This document shows, piece after piece, positions 9,370 to 21,137 of a stretch of DNA of 64,000 bases (position 1 is its first letter; every line of letters begins with the position of its first letter). Source of the stretch: Legionella sp. (GTDB taxonomy: Bacteria > Pseudomonadota > Gammaproteobacteria > Legionellales > Legionellaceae); contig PEQM01000033.1 in assembly GCA_002786205.1 (NCBI GenBank), positions 18,868 to 82,867 on the forward strand, in the 5' to 3' direction. Position numbers and translations under genes: made by a program. The notes under the pieces are model-generated. The model did no database searches and had not been told where the DNA came from. It saw nothing but the letters and a program-made list of their open reading frames with translations.

Positions 9370-10701
9370 CTAACGGGATAACTGACTTGATGGCAGATTT
9401 GTCGCGCTGTCGTTTTTGGTTTTTTTTAGCACCTTAAACAAACCGAAGCAACAACTTGACATGTAATGGGCGAAAGTACCGCAATCAATAACAGCAGGCA
9501 GCGATAAAGCGGGGGATTCTTCATCAAAAATGAGCGCCTCTTGCTGATAAGAGCTTTCCATGCTGCTCAAATCAAAAATGCTGGATGAAGGCGACATATA
9601 AAAAGACAAGGCCGAATTCACAGGCGTTAATGCTGCAGATGATATGCTATCTAAGCCATGGTGAACAGGAAGATGAAATACCCCATACAGCTCTTCAAAT
9701 TGGGTGATTACATCCGTAGCAAATTGCTCTTTATACTCCTCAGAAACAACAGACCAGCGACCATTAATAACAAAAGATTTCATTCGCTCAATAAAAGAGA
9801 GACTTTCTTGCATCAAGTAGTCTTTATTGGTTTGCATGTAATTTACAAACTGAGGAATGCGCTGCATTTCAGCCAATAATTCATTACGCCTATTAATTAA
9901 AAATTCCGTGTACTGACTGGCGCCAGATGAAAAAAACAAATCGACCCACTGAATGAAATAACTATCAGGGATTAATAAGATTTTAAATGCAGTAAGATAT
10001 TTTTCATCGGTAAAATCCTGGTTGTCAACAATATCAGAATTGAAAAAAATACTCCGGTCAGACGGCTGTCCTTCTCTCACCAAATCGAACCAGTTGTAGC
10101 ATTGGTAGGTTTTCAAATAAGGTAACTGCTGAATTTCTTCCGCCTGAATTCTGGCTGTTTGAATAGGATAATCATGCGGAGCGCTCTTCCAGGCAAAAGC
10201 CCAATCGCCATCTATTTTACATACCTCATTACTTGCATTAAGGCCTATATTACCATTTTTTAAATCAACCTCATGAAGAAAATAAGCACCGATAACAATC
10301 TCGCCCAGCCCTTTCAATACTCTTCCAGTTGATTCTTTTTGAAAACGCAATTTGCTGTAATGGGGTATTTCTTGAGAAAGTATGAAATAGGTCTGGTTTG
10401 ATGAATTATAGCCTAGACGAGTTTCTGGCTGGCGCGCTATAAGAAGACGTAAAAATTCCTGAGTTAAGCATTCTATTCGCGCAGTCACCGCATGATTCAT
10501 TTCTTTTTTATACCACCGACATGATTGATTCTCCGTATCTTCTTCAAGAGTAATCATGTGGCTGTATCGAACATTCAATGGAACATGTGGAATGGTTTTT
10601 AAAGGTGTTGTATTCGCTAAATCAATGGCATGCAAATGCCCATTGTATGATTTTTCACATTTTTTTAACCGATTTTCGGTATAAAAATTTCTTTTATCCA
10701 C
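9370..10701 (-). CDS. Hypothetical protein with PI3/4-kinase-like motifs; candidate Dot/Icm effector
   Basis: WYKK..., RIECLTQEFLRLL, ILSQEI, HEVDLKNGNIG (catalytic-loop-like), KIDGD (DFG-like). Ser-rich low-complexity tail. GTG start. Confidence 0.6.
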   Translation of the reverse strand: MDKRNFYTENRLKKCEKSYNGHLHAIDLANTTPLKTIPHVPLNVRYSHMITLEEDTENQSCRWYKKEMNHAVTARIECLTQEFLRLLIARQPETRLGYNSSNQTYFILSQEIPHYSKLRFQKESTGRVLKGLGEIVIGAYFLHEVDLKNGNIGLNASNEVCKIDGDWAFAWKSAPHDYPIQTARIQAEEIQQLPYLKTYQCYNWFDLVREGQPSDRSIFFNSDIVDNQDFTDEKYLTAFKILLIPDSYFIQWVDLFFSSGASQYTEFLINRRNELLAEMQRIPQFVNYMQTNKDYLMQESLSFIERMKSFVINGRWSVVSEEYKEQFATDVITQFEELYGVFHLPVHHGLDSISSAALTPVNSALSFYMSPSSSIFDLSSMESSYQQEALIFDEESPALSLPAVIDCGTFAHYMSSCCFGLFKVLKKTKNDSATNLPSSQLSR

Positions 10702-10889
10702 ATCAGCACCTGTAATGCCGCTCTCCTATTGAGCCCCCTACAGTACACCACTTCCTCGACACAATAAATTTTTATCCGTCAGGATGCCAACACAAGTCCA
10801 CGACAATTAAAATGAACTTGAGGGTAATACAGCAAAGATGAAAAGGCAGCAAAAACGCCTACTGCCCTCAAGAGAATCTACTTTAACGA

Positions 10890-11213
10890 TTAGGGTCGAA
10901 TGATAATACGATTTTCAACACGCCCCACCCCTGGAACCTGACTGGCAATTTGCTCTGCCGTATCACTTTGACGAATCTTTTTGACATAGCCGCTTAAAAC
11001 CACAACATTTTGATTGGTTTGCACATAAACCTGACTGATTTGAGGATCGCCACTGCGCAATAAAGCATCTTGTACCGATTGAGCAAGATTTATCTCTGCT
11101 GGAGGAGGAGCAAATTGAAAGATACTCCCTGTAGGATTAGAGCTTGTCGTAAGACTACATCCAGCCAAAAAAAACATACTGCATGTAATCAGTAGTTTCA
11201 CATAGTAACGCAT
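10890..11213 (-). CDS. BON-domain lipoprotein
   Basis: Likely start MRYYVKLLITCSMFFLAGC (lipobox LAGC, RBS GGGGAG). VVVLSGYV...AEQIASQVPGVGRVENRI is a BON signature. Confidence 0.85.
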   Translation of the reverse strand: MRYYVKLLITCSMFFLAGCSLTTSSNPTGSIFQFAPPPAEINLAQSVQDALLRSGDPQISQVYVQTNQNVVVLSGYVKKIRQSDTAEQIASQVPGVGRVENRIIIRP

Positions 11214-11252
11214 TAAACTCTCCCCATAGACTAAGATCATTGTCATCAACTC

Positions 11253-11404
11253 AATAAACCGCTTCAGCAACTCGGTGCCAAAGAGGGGTTGCAAAGAAAG
11301 ACACCTGGCACAAAATCAGAGTGTACAAACCAGTACATGCGGATTCGAGCCGTGTATCGACAAAGCAATTCGCTTCGACAGTAGCGTTTCCAAAGAAGCC
11401 TAAT
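11253..11404. repeat. RPE1-like palindromic element (~150 bp)
   Basis: The core AGACAC...GTGTACAAACCAGTACATGCGGATTCGAG...ATCGAC and the terminus GTTTCCAAAGAAGCCTAAT resemble the Rickettsia palindromic element 1 consensus as recalled. Termini are degenerate inverted repeats. Confidence 0.65.
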
Positions 11405-11582
11405 AAATAAAGATCTTCGATAAAGTAATAGCTTTTATTTTGGCTCAGGTCATTTTAGAGTGCAAGCATTTTACGCATTTTTTACTTGATTGCTGCATTA
11501 TAAAACAGTATCCATTCACCACAAGTTGAATGCTGTAGGGAAAAATCTGCTTTGAGTGCAGATTGACTGTCTCGAGGGACTA

Positions 11583-12041
11583 TTATAAATAAAGCTGCAT
11601 GTCTTGATGAGGAATGCCTGCATCCAGATATTCCTCGCTACAAATAGTAAACCCCAATTTTTCATAAAAGCATATAGCATGCGTTTGAGCCCCAAGCGTT
11701 ACACGCTTGACTTGAGGATGCTGTTGTATGTCTTTTAGCATAAAAAGCATCAACATACGCCCTAATCCTTGTTTCTGATAAGTCTCTATTATGGCTACGC
11801 GTTCGATTTTAGCACTGTCTTGTATATAACGAACGCGTGCAGTACCTACCGGAAAACCATTAAACCACAACAAATACTGCTCACAAAGTGAATCTAGCCC
11901 ATCAATTTCTTCGTGAATGGGTACTTTTTGTCCCTCTACAAAAACTTGATAACGGATAGCCAAACAAGATTTTATTTTTTGCAGTTCCGTTACTTTCTCT
12001 ACCCAGGCAGTATCCATTGGCTTTATCTCATCCTCTGTCAA
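11583..12041 (-). CDS. GNAT family N-acetyltransferase (ElaA/YjcF-like)
   Basis: IRYQVFVEGQKVP..EEIDGLD; KIERVAI...QKQGLG; FYEKLGF; YLDAGIPHQDM. Confidence 0.9.
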   Translation of the reverse strand: MTEDEIKPMDTAWVEKVTELQKIKSCLAIRYQVFVEGQKVPIHEEIDGLDSLCEQYLLWFNGFPVGTARVRYIQDSAKIERVAIIETYQKQGLGRMLMLFMLKDIQQHPQVKRVTLGAQTHAICFYEKLGFTICSEEYLDAGIPHQDMQLYL

Positions 12042-14842
12042 TTCATTTTCAATGAAGAATTGGCTTCCATTGCATGGTCGTCAGCAAAAACAGGGACCAT
12101 TTTTTGATTCACCGCCCTTATTTCACTAATATAATCTGGCCCTGCCATGATTCGACGATCGCCTCTTAAAGCCAAAACTACATTTTCTATCATGAGCTGA
12201 GTAGGTTTAGTGCATTGCTGATAGACATCCAAACAATGTTCCAATCGTTGGTATCTTGGCAATATTTCTGTCCGAAGCTCTTGTACTAAAGGCTCCCATT
12301 CTTTATTGGCTACAGCCATTATGTCCAGCACCTCTATTGCCAATACATGAGATGGCTTCGATAAGGGGGGATTATTTTCTAAATGGTAACGGCTGTATTT
12401 TTGTTCTGCTTCGGACATAAACAACGTCATGGTTTGTAAAATTAAATGTGAACGGTACTCCAAATAAGCAAGCACATGATGGTGCTGTTTTTCAATTGCA
12501 GGATTTTGGTATTCATCAGCCCACTGCTTTATTTGTACGGATGAAGGAACATCTCCTTGCACTTTTTTCCAGGCACGAGGCATATTGCTTGTTGCAATAG
12601 CGCAAAGAACCTTTAAAACCAGCTCTCGCACCACGGTAGATTGTTGATATAACACGGGGAAAACAGTATGAAGATGAGAAGGCAAATCAACCAAGCCATT
12701 GGCACTCATAATTCTACGAATATGAATGCGTGTCATCGCTTCATAATTAACCAAACCTATGGCGCGACTTTTAAGAATGTCTTTAGGTGTAGCGGCTTTG
12801 GACTCCCCGCGAGAGCTGGTATTCAACCAAGGGCCAAGTTCTGGAATGGTTAAATGTTTAAATAAGGCTTTTGCAGCAGGATGTTCATTATAAGCTTTGT
12901 ATGAATCAATGGCTTGCTCTACCAAGATGGAAAGCACTTGGTTGGCTTCAGGATAATGTTGCGCCAACGTATTAAATTCACGCGCTCTTATCGTATTTTC
13001 TGAAGGTTGCCCTGCTGTATTTTCTACATACGCGGCATAAGCGCCGTATCCTGTTAAACGAGAAGCATCTGCGCCTTGAAACGTAGCAAACAATTGAGAA
13101 AATGACTGAGAAATCCTTCGTTGACTGTCATTACCAGAGCCATTCAATGCCCTTAATTGTACCTTTGCCAAACGCGGATCTTTTTTCTTATATTCTTCTA
13201 GCAGATTTTCTAAAATATTTTCTGCCTGAATTAATCGAATGTGCGCAAACTCACCACTTTCTTTCCCTAAATCGCTAGGGCCTGGTACATAGACAAATTC
13301 ACCATGCTTAATGATCATTGCTCTTAAATAAGGATCATCCAAAATGTCCTTAAAAATCTCAGGTAATCGGGCTAAATCCGCTGAAGTTTCACATAAAGGA
13401 ATTAAATTCACTGGCGTATAGCGTATTTGATCAATGAACAATTGATTGTTTCTATACAATGCAAAACTAAATAACACACTAACCTCACGCAAACTTAATG
13501 TATTTTTAGTATCTGACAAAATATAAGAAAAATTCTCTTGATGCTGGCTGACAAAAGAGAGCATATCCAATTCACGTACCGTCGCAGCAGCTAATAAATG
13601 TGTGGCATTTTTTAGCAAAGTGAAATACTTACTGTCCGTACGCAAATAACGGTGAAACAACTCTTTCTCTGCTAAAGAACAGAGAGAATAAGGGCGAACC
13701 ACCCCCTGTTCATCGGTCAGTAGCGAAATAATTTCTGGCTCCGTTGATAAAACAGCTGCAAAATTATCAAGAACCATTTCATTTGCCGTACTGGATTGAC
13801 GAAGGTATTGTTTTAAATTCCCGCAAAACCCCAGCAAATCGACCATGTCACGCAAATAAGTCAATGACTGATATTCTGAATTTTTTGGTGAATAGCTATT
13901 GAGTAGTTGATTTAATTTATGAATAAAACGTACTTTTGCTTGTTCTGAACTGGGGGCATTAAAATAAATTCCAGCCGCAATGGCTGCTTTGCAGCGTTGT
14001 AAATAAGACAAGGGGCTTTCTAATTGCGGTACACTATCCAATAGTGACTGAGTATGACGTAGATAAAAATCGATGATTGCAGTTTGCAGACTAGATACCA
14101 TGATCGACATGGTTTTTACTGATTTTTTTTGATTACCATCAATGTCTGCAACCACCCAGCTACGTGGTTGATACAAAACTTTATTAGCGGGTGTCAATAA
14201 ACGCTCTACAACCGCCTTATCCCCTTGATGTACGTCTGCAAAATGAGCAACTACTTTTTTATTAAAGTCAGGCCAAGAAGCCATCATGTGCAAATAATAA
14301 CGATTTTGGCGCAAAATTTCTTCTTCTGGCGTCAAATTTACTGATGATAACAGAGGCATTTGACAAAAATTTTGGACACCGAATTTAATTCTCTGTTCTA
14401 CATCGATTGCATCTGCACTACCGCGTTGGTAACGCTTGAGAGCCATTACATCAGCTACCAGACGCTGTAAGATTTCCAGGCCTTCATCAGAGAGTACCTC
14501 CGTTGGATGCGCAGTAATGACTGCTCTGGGATCGTAATATTGACGCAATAGACTGGCATGACTAATTTTTTTTTCCAAAGACCATGCTTTAGGAATAGAC
14601 GCATCTATCGCTGCCAGCCTACTTTCTTTCTTGGCCAACTTTTCTGCTTCCATACAATGATTCAGTACAATCGCTTCTTTTAGCTCCAGATTAAGGCGGG
14701 TTGCCATACAAGATGCAGGAAACTGTTTAAATGCTTTATTGATTACATACAGCGAATAAGTATCTGTACGAAGAGCAATCGAGCGATAAGGTGCTCGGGA
14801 TAAAAAATTTTTATTGAGTGTTTTTCCTATAGAAGTGAACAT
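12038..14842 (-). CDS. Divergent phosphoenolpyruvate carboxylase-like protein
   Basis: VITAHPTE, SWVVADIDGN, LRQSS, PLCETSADL, GPSDLGKESG, NGSGNDSQR, TFQG, NTSSR and SRAIG occur in PEPC motif order. Likely ATG at 14842 after an AAGGA RBS. Confidence 0.75.
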   Translation of the reverse strand: MFTSIGKTLNKNFLSRAPYRSIALRTDTYSLYVINKAFKQFPASCMATRLNLELKEAIVLNHCMEAEKLAKKESRLAAIDASIPKAWSLEKKISHASLLRQYYDPRAVITAHPTEVLSDEGLEILQRLVADVMALKRYQRGSADAIDVEQRIKFGVQNFCQMPLLSSVNLTPEEEILRQNRYYLHMMASWPDFNKKVVAHFADVHQGDKAVVERLLTPANKVLYQPRSWVVADIDGNQKKSVKTMSIMVSSLQTAIIDFYLRHTQSLLDSVPQLESPLSYLQRCKAAIAAGIYFNAPSSEQAKVRFIHKLNQLLNSYSPKNSEYQSLTYLRDMVDLLGFCGNLKQYLRQSSTANEMVLDNFAAVLSTEPEIISLLTDEQGVVRPYSLCSLAEKELFHRYLRTDSKYFTLLKNATHLLAAATVRELDMLSFVSQHQENFSYILSDTKNTLSLREVSVLFSFALYRNNQLFIDQIRYTPVNLIPLCETSADLARLPEIFKDILDDPYLRAMIIKHGEFVYVPGPSDLGKESGEFAHIRLIQAENILENLLEEYKKKDPRLAKVQLRALNGSGNDSQRRISQSFSQLFATFQGADASRLTGYGAYAAYVENTAGQPSENTIRAREFNTLAQHYPEANQVLSILVEQAIDSYKAYNEHPAAKALFKHLTIPELGPWLNTSSRGESKAATPKDILKSRAIGLVNYEAMTRIHIRRIMSANGLVDLPSHLHTVFPVLYQQSTVVRELVLKVLCAIATSNMPRAWKKVQGDVPSSVQIKQWADEYQNPAIEKQHHHVLAYLEYRSHLILQTMTLFMSEAEQKYSRYHLENNPPLSKPSHVLAIEVLDIMAVANKEWEPLVQELRTEILPRYQRLEHCLDVYQQCTKPTQLMIENVVLALRGDRRIMAGPDYISEIRAVNQKMVPVFADDHAMEANSSLKMN

Positions 14843-15007
14843 CGTAATCCTTACTGACAACTTAATACATGAGAAAATTTAGTATAACATCTTGAATTAT
14901 AACTTATTTACTCTCTTTTATTAACTTGTTTCTACAATGTAACACGGCTACTTTTTAGTTTGAAATAACAAAGCAGAGCAAATTTTCACCCGCTCTGCTG
15001 GTCATGA

Positions 15008-15445
15008 TTACTGTTCTTGTGAGGAAGCCAACATCCAATGCGCTTTTTGATGCGCTGCAATTCTCTCGCTTAGCAAATTAACTGTCCCCTCGTCTTTGTT
15101 TGCTTGAGCAACTTGCAAGGCTTGGTTTAAATCATGAACCAAAGTATTATGATCTTCAGTCAACTGTCTTAGCATTTTATCAGCACTTAAACTGGAATCA
15201 CCGTCTTTGATGGTTTTTAACTGATTTAATTCATTAAAGGTGGCAGGGGCTTTATGTCCTAACATTAATAACCGTTCTGCAATTTGATCTACAGCTTCCG
15301 CCAATTCTCTATAATGCATCTCAAACAATTCGTGTAAGCTTTTAAATTGTGGGCCTTTTACATGCCAATGGTAGTTTTGTGTTTTTAGATATAAGGCATA
15401 GGTGTCTGCCAAAGCCACTTCCAAATGCTTCATAATAGTATTCAT
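15008..15445 (-). CDS. dps: Dps family DNA-protection ferritin-like protein
   Basis: KTQNYHWHVKGPQFKSLHELFE..Y.E..EAVDQIAERL. ATG at 15445 with a GGAGG RBS. Confidence 0.93.
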   Translation of the reverse strand: MNTIMKHLEVALADTYALYLKTQNYHWHVKGPQFKSLHELFEMHYRELAEAVDQIAERLLMLGHKAPATFNELNQLKTIKDGDSSLSADKMLRQLTEDHNTLVHDLNQALQVAQANKDEGTVNLLSERIAAHQKAHWMLASSQEQ

Positions 15446-15527
15446 AGAGCCTCCTTTGTCTTGTGTTTTAAGCATAGTACATCCTTATGCAAAACGCGTA
15501 ATAAACGGATACCCATAAACTTACAAT

Positions 15528-15555
15528 AAAAAAAACCCGCCTTAAGGCGGGTTTT
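15528..15555 (-). terminator. Rho-independent terminator after groEL
   Basis: AAAACCCGCC-TTAA-GGCGGGTTTT with a long A run, i.e. a U tail on the minus strand. Confidence 0.85.
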
Positions 15556-15571
15556 AAAGGGGTAAGGAGGC

Positions 15572-17227
<1,656 letters not shown>

Positions 17228-17240
17228 TCAATCGATTAGA

Positions 17241-17531
17241 TTACTTCTCAATTACACCCATGATGTCGTCTTCGCGCATCACAACCAGTTCTTGACCATC
17301 TACTTTTACTTCTGTGCCTGAATATTTACCAAACAAAACCACATCACCCACTTTTACAGCCAAAGCACGAACATCACCGTTTTCTAATGCTTTACCAGCA
17401 CCTACAGCAACCACTTCACCACGCATAGGTTTCTCAGTGGCACTATCTGGAATCACAATACCACCTGCTGTGGTACGCTCTTCTTCCATACGACGAAGAA
17501 CAACACGATCGTGTAAAGGACGAATTTTCAT
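17241..17531 (-). CDS. groS: Co-chaperonin GroES
   Basis: [10 protein letters not shown]...[13 protein letters not shown]. Confidence 0.99.
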   Translation of the reverse strand: MKIRPLHDRVVLRRMEEERTTAGGIVIPDSATEKPMRGEVVAVGAGKALENGDVRALAVKVGDVVLFGKYSGTEVKVDGQELVVMREDDIMGVIEK

Positions 17532-17611
17532 ACTTTTATCTCCTGATTAATTAACTTAAGTTCACTCAATAATACGGACTAACCGATGCAATGTATCATT
17601 TGATGACTAGC

Positions 17612-17639
17612 ATGTGGGGATGAAAAAATTGATTTCAAG
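17612..17639 (-). promoter_or_regulatory. Sigma-32 heat-shock promoter of groES-groEL
   Basis: Minus strand CTTGAAA, a ~13-nt spacer, then CCCCACAT, upstream of groES. Confidence 0.8.
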
Positions 17640-17736
17640 GGTTATAAAAAAATTTATTTTTAGCATTTTTTATCAGCCTATTGGGCTTTATAATAAGTCT
17701 TATACCATATCAATTATTTTTAAAAAAAGAGACTCT

Positions 17737-19500
17737 ATGAAACCATGGTTGCTTACGTTAATCGGATTAATTCTTTCTTGCAGCCTTCATTGTGAACCGC
17801 TACCTTCAAAAGAGGCATTTCCTGTTGCAATCAAAGAAATTCATCCCAATTCATTTACTTTGAATTGGACTACGCAACCAGGCTATTACTTGTATAGCAA
17901 TCGTATTCACGTTATCCCTGCGCCAATCAGCAATGTCACTTTAGGTACCCTGCGGCTACCGCCATCAGTGACCAAAACCGATAAGAAAGGCACCCTTTAT
18001 CACATTTACAGGAATGAATTAACTGTTCCTGTAGACGTGTTAGGCATTCATCCTGGTGAATCATTGCTCTATCTGTCTTATCAAGGCTGCTCTGATGAAG
18101 GTTTTTGTTATCCTGTAGAGACAAAACAAATCAAATTAACCATTGATACACAATTGGCTTTATCCAAGGCCCTGATAGAAGCAGTTGATGAAATGCCTTC
18201 TCTTGCAACTCAACCCAAAGAAGATGCCATGGCGCAAATTTTTTCTCAACACAATGGTTTTATGGTACTGCTGGTTTTTTATGGCTTAGGCTTACTCTTA
18301 GCCTTTACGCCCTGCATTTTACCGATGGTTCCTGTTTTATCCGGCATCATTGTAGGGCATGGAAAAGACATCACGACGCCAAAAGCTTTTTTTCTGTCCT
18401 TGAGTTATGTGTTAAGCATGTCACTTACTTATGCAGCAGTAGGTGCTGTCATTGCACTGGTAGGAGCCAATCTGCAAATTAACATGCAAAACCCTTGGGC
18501 TATTGTTTTTTTTAGTGCACTGTTTATTGCGCTTGCCTTATCTATGTTTGGCTTTTATGAATTTAAACTGCCTTCTCACTGGCAAGAAAAAATTGCAGGC
18601 TCCAATAATGACAAACGCAAAGGTCACTATCTTGGCGCAGCTTTGATGGGCTGTCTTTCGACGCTCATTTTATCACCTTGTGTTACTGCACCGCTTATCG
18701 GCATTCTGACTTATATCGCTCAGTCACATGATGTACTGTTAGGTTGTCTTGCCTTATTTTGTTTAAGTTTGGGAATGGGGACCCCTTTGTTGATTATTGG
18801 GACCTCCGCAGGCAAATTACTACCTAAAGCGGGCAGCTGGATGAATGCGGTTAAAGCATTTTTTGGCATTGTTCTTTTAGGTGTTGCTCTCTTTTTATTA
18901 TCCCGCATCCTTCCTCCTGCACTCACCATGTTTTTTTGGGCTTGCTTGTTAATTTTCTCTGGTATTTTTGTTGGCGCCTTCACACAGGCCTCGAACCATA
19001 AAGAGCTATTTCATAAAAGTATCGGCCTTATCTTGTTTGTCTATGGCTTATTGATTTTAATTGGCACCAGTATGGGCGCTCATGATCCACTACAGCCTCT
19101 TGGCATGTTAAATAAATCCTCTGCAGCAGCGCCAACTTCAGTCAGGAATAACCAATACTCGCTGGCTTCTTTAAAAAAAGAAATAAGTGAAGCAAAAGGA
19201 CAGCCTGTCTTACTTGATTTTTATGCTGACTGGTGCACATCTTGCACTGTGATGGAAAACACCGTATTTAGTAATCCGTTAATCGAAAAAGAATTAGCGC
19301 ATTGGGTTGTTATCAAAGTAGACCTTACACAAAACACCGCGCAAAACAAACAAATCATGCGCCATTTTAATGTCATCGCGCCCCCCACCTATTTGTTCTT
19401 TTCACAAGACGGCCTCGCAAGACCTTCTTTAACCACAGCAGGAGAACTGTCTGCATCGGAGTTTTCTGCTTTATTACAAAAAACAGAGTCGTTTAAGTAA
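17737..19500 (+). CDS. dsbD: Thiol:disulfide interchange protein DsbD
   Basis: QGCSDEGFCYP, FTPCILPMVP, SPCVTAPL, DFYADWCTSC. Signal peptide from MKPWLL. Confidence 0.95.
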   Translation: MKPWLLTLIGLILSCSLHCEPLPSKEAFPVAIKEIHPNSFTLNWTTQPGYYLYSNRIHVIPAPISNVTLGTLRLPPSVTKTDKKGTLYHIYRNELTVPVDVLGIHPGESLLYLSYQGCSDEGFCYPVETKQIKLTIDTQLALSKALIEAVDEMPSLATQPKEDAMAQIFSQHNGFMVLLVFYGLGLLLAFTPCILPMVPVLSGIIVGHGKDITTPKAFFLSLSYVLSMSLTYAAVGAVIALVGANLQINMQNPWAIVFFSALFIALALSMFGFYEFKLPSHWQEKIAGSNNDKRKGHYLGAALMGCLSTLILSPCVTAPLIGILTYIAQSHDVLLGCLALFCLSLGMGTPLLIIGTSAGKLLPKAGSWMNAVKAFFGIVLLGVALFLLSRILPPALTMFFWACLLIFSGIFVGAFTQASNHKELFHKSIGLILFVYGLLILIGTSMGAHDPLQPLGMLNKSSAAAPTSVRNNQYSLASLKKEISEAKGQPVLLDFYADWCTSCTVMENTVFSNPLIEKELAHWVVIKVDLTQNTAQNKQIMRHFNVIAPPTYLFFSQDGLARPSLTTAGELSASEFSALLQKTESFK

Positions 19501-19581
19501 CATTCACCACTTATAATTTATCGACAAACAAATAAAAAAAGAGGTATAATTCGTTCACTTTTTTTACAGTGTATAATTTAT

Positions 19582-20892
19582 ATGAATCATAAAGTAGGCT
19601 TTGTTAGTTTAGGATGCCCTAAGGCTCTGGTCGATTCAGAGCGAATCATTACTCAATTGCGCGCCCAAGGCTATGATTTGGTATCAAGCTATGACGATGC
19701 TGGTGTAGTAGTTATTAACACCTGTGGCTTTATCGACAGCGCGGTCAAAGAATCTTTAGACACCATTAAAGAAGCGATGGCAGAAAATGGCCGGGTCATT
19801 GTAACGGGCTGCCTTGGAGCAAAAGCAGACCTTATTAAGGAAGCCTGTCCTGATGTATTACACATTAGCGGTGCCCATGCCTATGAAGAAGTAATTGAAG
19901 CAGTACATCAACATCTTCCTCCCCCCAAAGATCCGTTTACCCAACTGGTGCCACCGCAGGGAATCAAGTTAACTCCACGCCATTACGCCTATTTAAAGAT
20001 CTCTGAAGGATGCAATCAAAAATGTACGTTTTGCATCATTCCTACCATGCGCGGTAAGTTGCAAAGCTATCCCATTACACAAGTACTAACAGAAGCCCGT
20101 AAATTAAAAGAAGCCGGAGTAAAAGAATTATTGGTTATTTCTCAAGACACTAGCGCCTATGGAATTGATACACGTTATCAATCTGTAGAATGGCAAGGAA
20201 AAACCATTAGTACCCGTTTTTATGATTTATGTGAACAATTAGGCAAGTTAGGAATTTGGGTCCGCTTACACTATGTCTACCCCTACCCTCATGTGGATGA
20301 GATTATTCCCTTAATGCGTGATGGCTTAATTCTGCCTTATCTTGACATTCCTTTGCAACATGCCAGTACAAGAGTGCTCAAAGCCATGAAACGGCCTGCA
20401 AGCAGCGAAAATACACTCTTACGCATTGCGTCATGGAGAGAAGTATGTCCAGACATTACCTTACGATCTACCTTTATTGTCGGTTTTCCTGGCGAAACAG
20501 AAAGTGAATTTGAAGAATTGCTGTCCTTTTTAGAAGCAGCTCAACTGGATAGAGTGGGCTGTTTTAAATACTCTCCCGTTCATGGTGCTAAAGCCAATGA
20601 ATTAGCTGACCCAGTACCTGAAGCGATTAAAGAAGAGCGTTATCATCGATTCATGCAACTGCAAGCTCAAATAAGCAGAGACAGACTCAAAGCCAAAATA
20701 GGTACGGTGCAGCAGGTTCTTGTTGATGAAGTCACCGACGATGGAATTATTGCACGCAGTAAGAGCGATGCACCAGAAATAGATGGTCTCGTTTACTTGC
20801 CTCGGTTACTCCATGTCAAGCCTGGCGATTTGCTGAATGCTGTCATTAGTGACAGTGATGATTATGATTTATATGCTGGCACTATTATATAA
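19582..20892 (+). CDS. rimO: Ribosomal protein S12 methylthiotransferase RimO
   Basis: [21 protein letters not shown] radical-SAM motif, DAPEIDG TRAM region. Confidence 0.97.
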   Translation: MNHKVGFVSLGCPKALVDSERIITQLRAQGYDLVSSYDDAGVVVINTCGFIDSAVKESLDTIKEAMAENGRVIVTGCLGAKADLIKEACPDVLHISGAHAYEEVIEAVHQHLPPPKDPFTQLVPPQGIKLTPRHYAYLKISEGCNQKCTFCIIPTMRGKLQSYPITQVLTEARKLKEAGVKELLVISQDTSAYGIDTRYQSVEWQGKTISTRFYDLCEQLGKLGIWVRLHYVYPYPHVDEIIPLMRDGLILPYLDIPLQHASTRVLKAMKRPASSENTLLRIASWREVCPDITLRSTFIVGFPGETESEFEELLSFLEAAQLDRVGCFKYSPVHGAKANELADPVPEAIKEERYHRFMQLQAQISRDRLKAKIGTVQQVLVDEVTDDGIIARSKSDAPEIDGLVYLPRLLHVKPGDLLNAVISDSDDYDLYAGTII

Positions 20893-20899
20893 CAAAGCA

Positions 20900-21001
20900 G
20901 TTATGCCAATCTAAAATTGAAAAAACACTTTTTTTGTGCGTGTTGCGAAACCATCTCCGGTGATGAAGATGGCTTCGCAACACGCACAAGAATGGCATAA
21001 C
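20900..21001. repeat. Nested palindromic element (MITE/REP-like)
   Basis: Outer IR GTTATGCCA/TGGCATAAC. Inner IR TTGTGCGTGTTGCGAAACCATCT (20934-20956) versus 20967-20989 match at 22/23. Confidence 0.65.
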
Positions 21002-21137
21002 GTCTTATTTCATAGTGTAATCAACTCCAATAGGTTTCCCAATGATACTCCCCTTTTTATTTATTATAACTTTTTATACTCAATCTGACCAAACATAGTC
21101 TATTATTGGCAACATAAGGTATCTTAATTTTATACTC

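Noticed and set aside
21113-21130. PmrA-box-like CATAA..CTTAA upstream of the AnkK-like gene
   Set aside because: Half-site spacing is 10 rather than 11 and the first half-site is imperfect.
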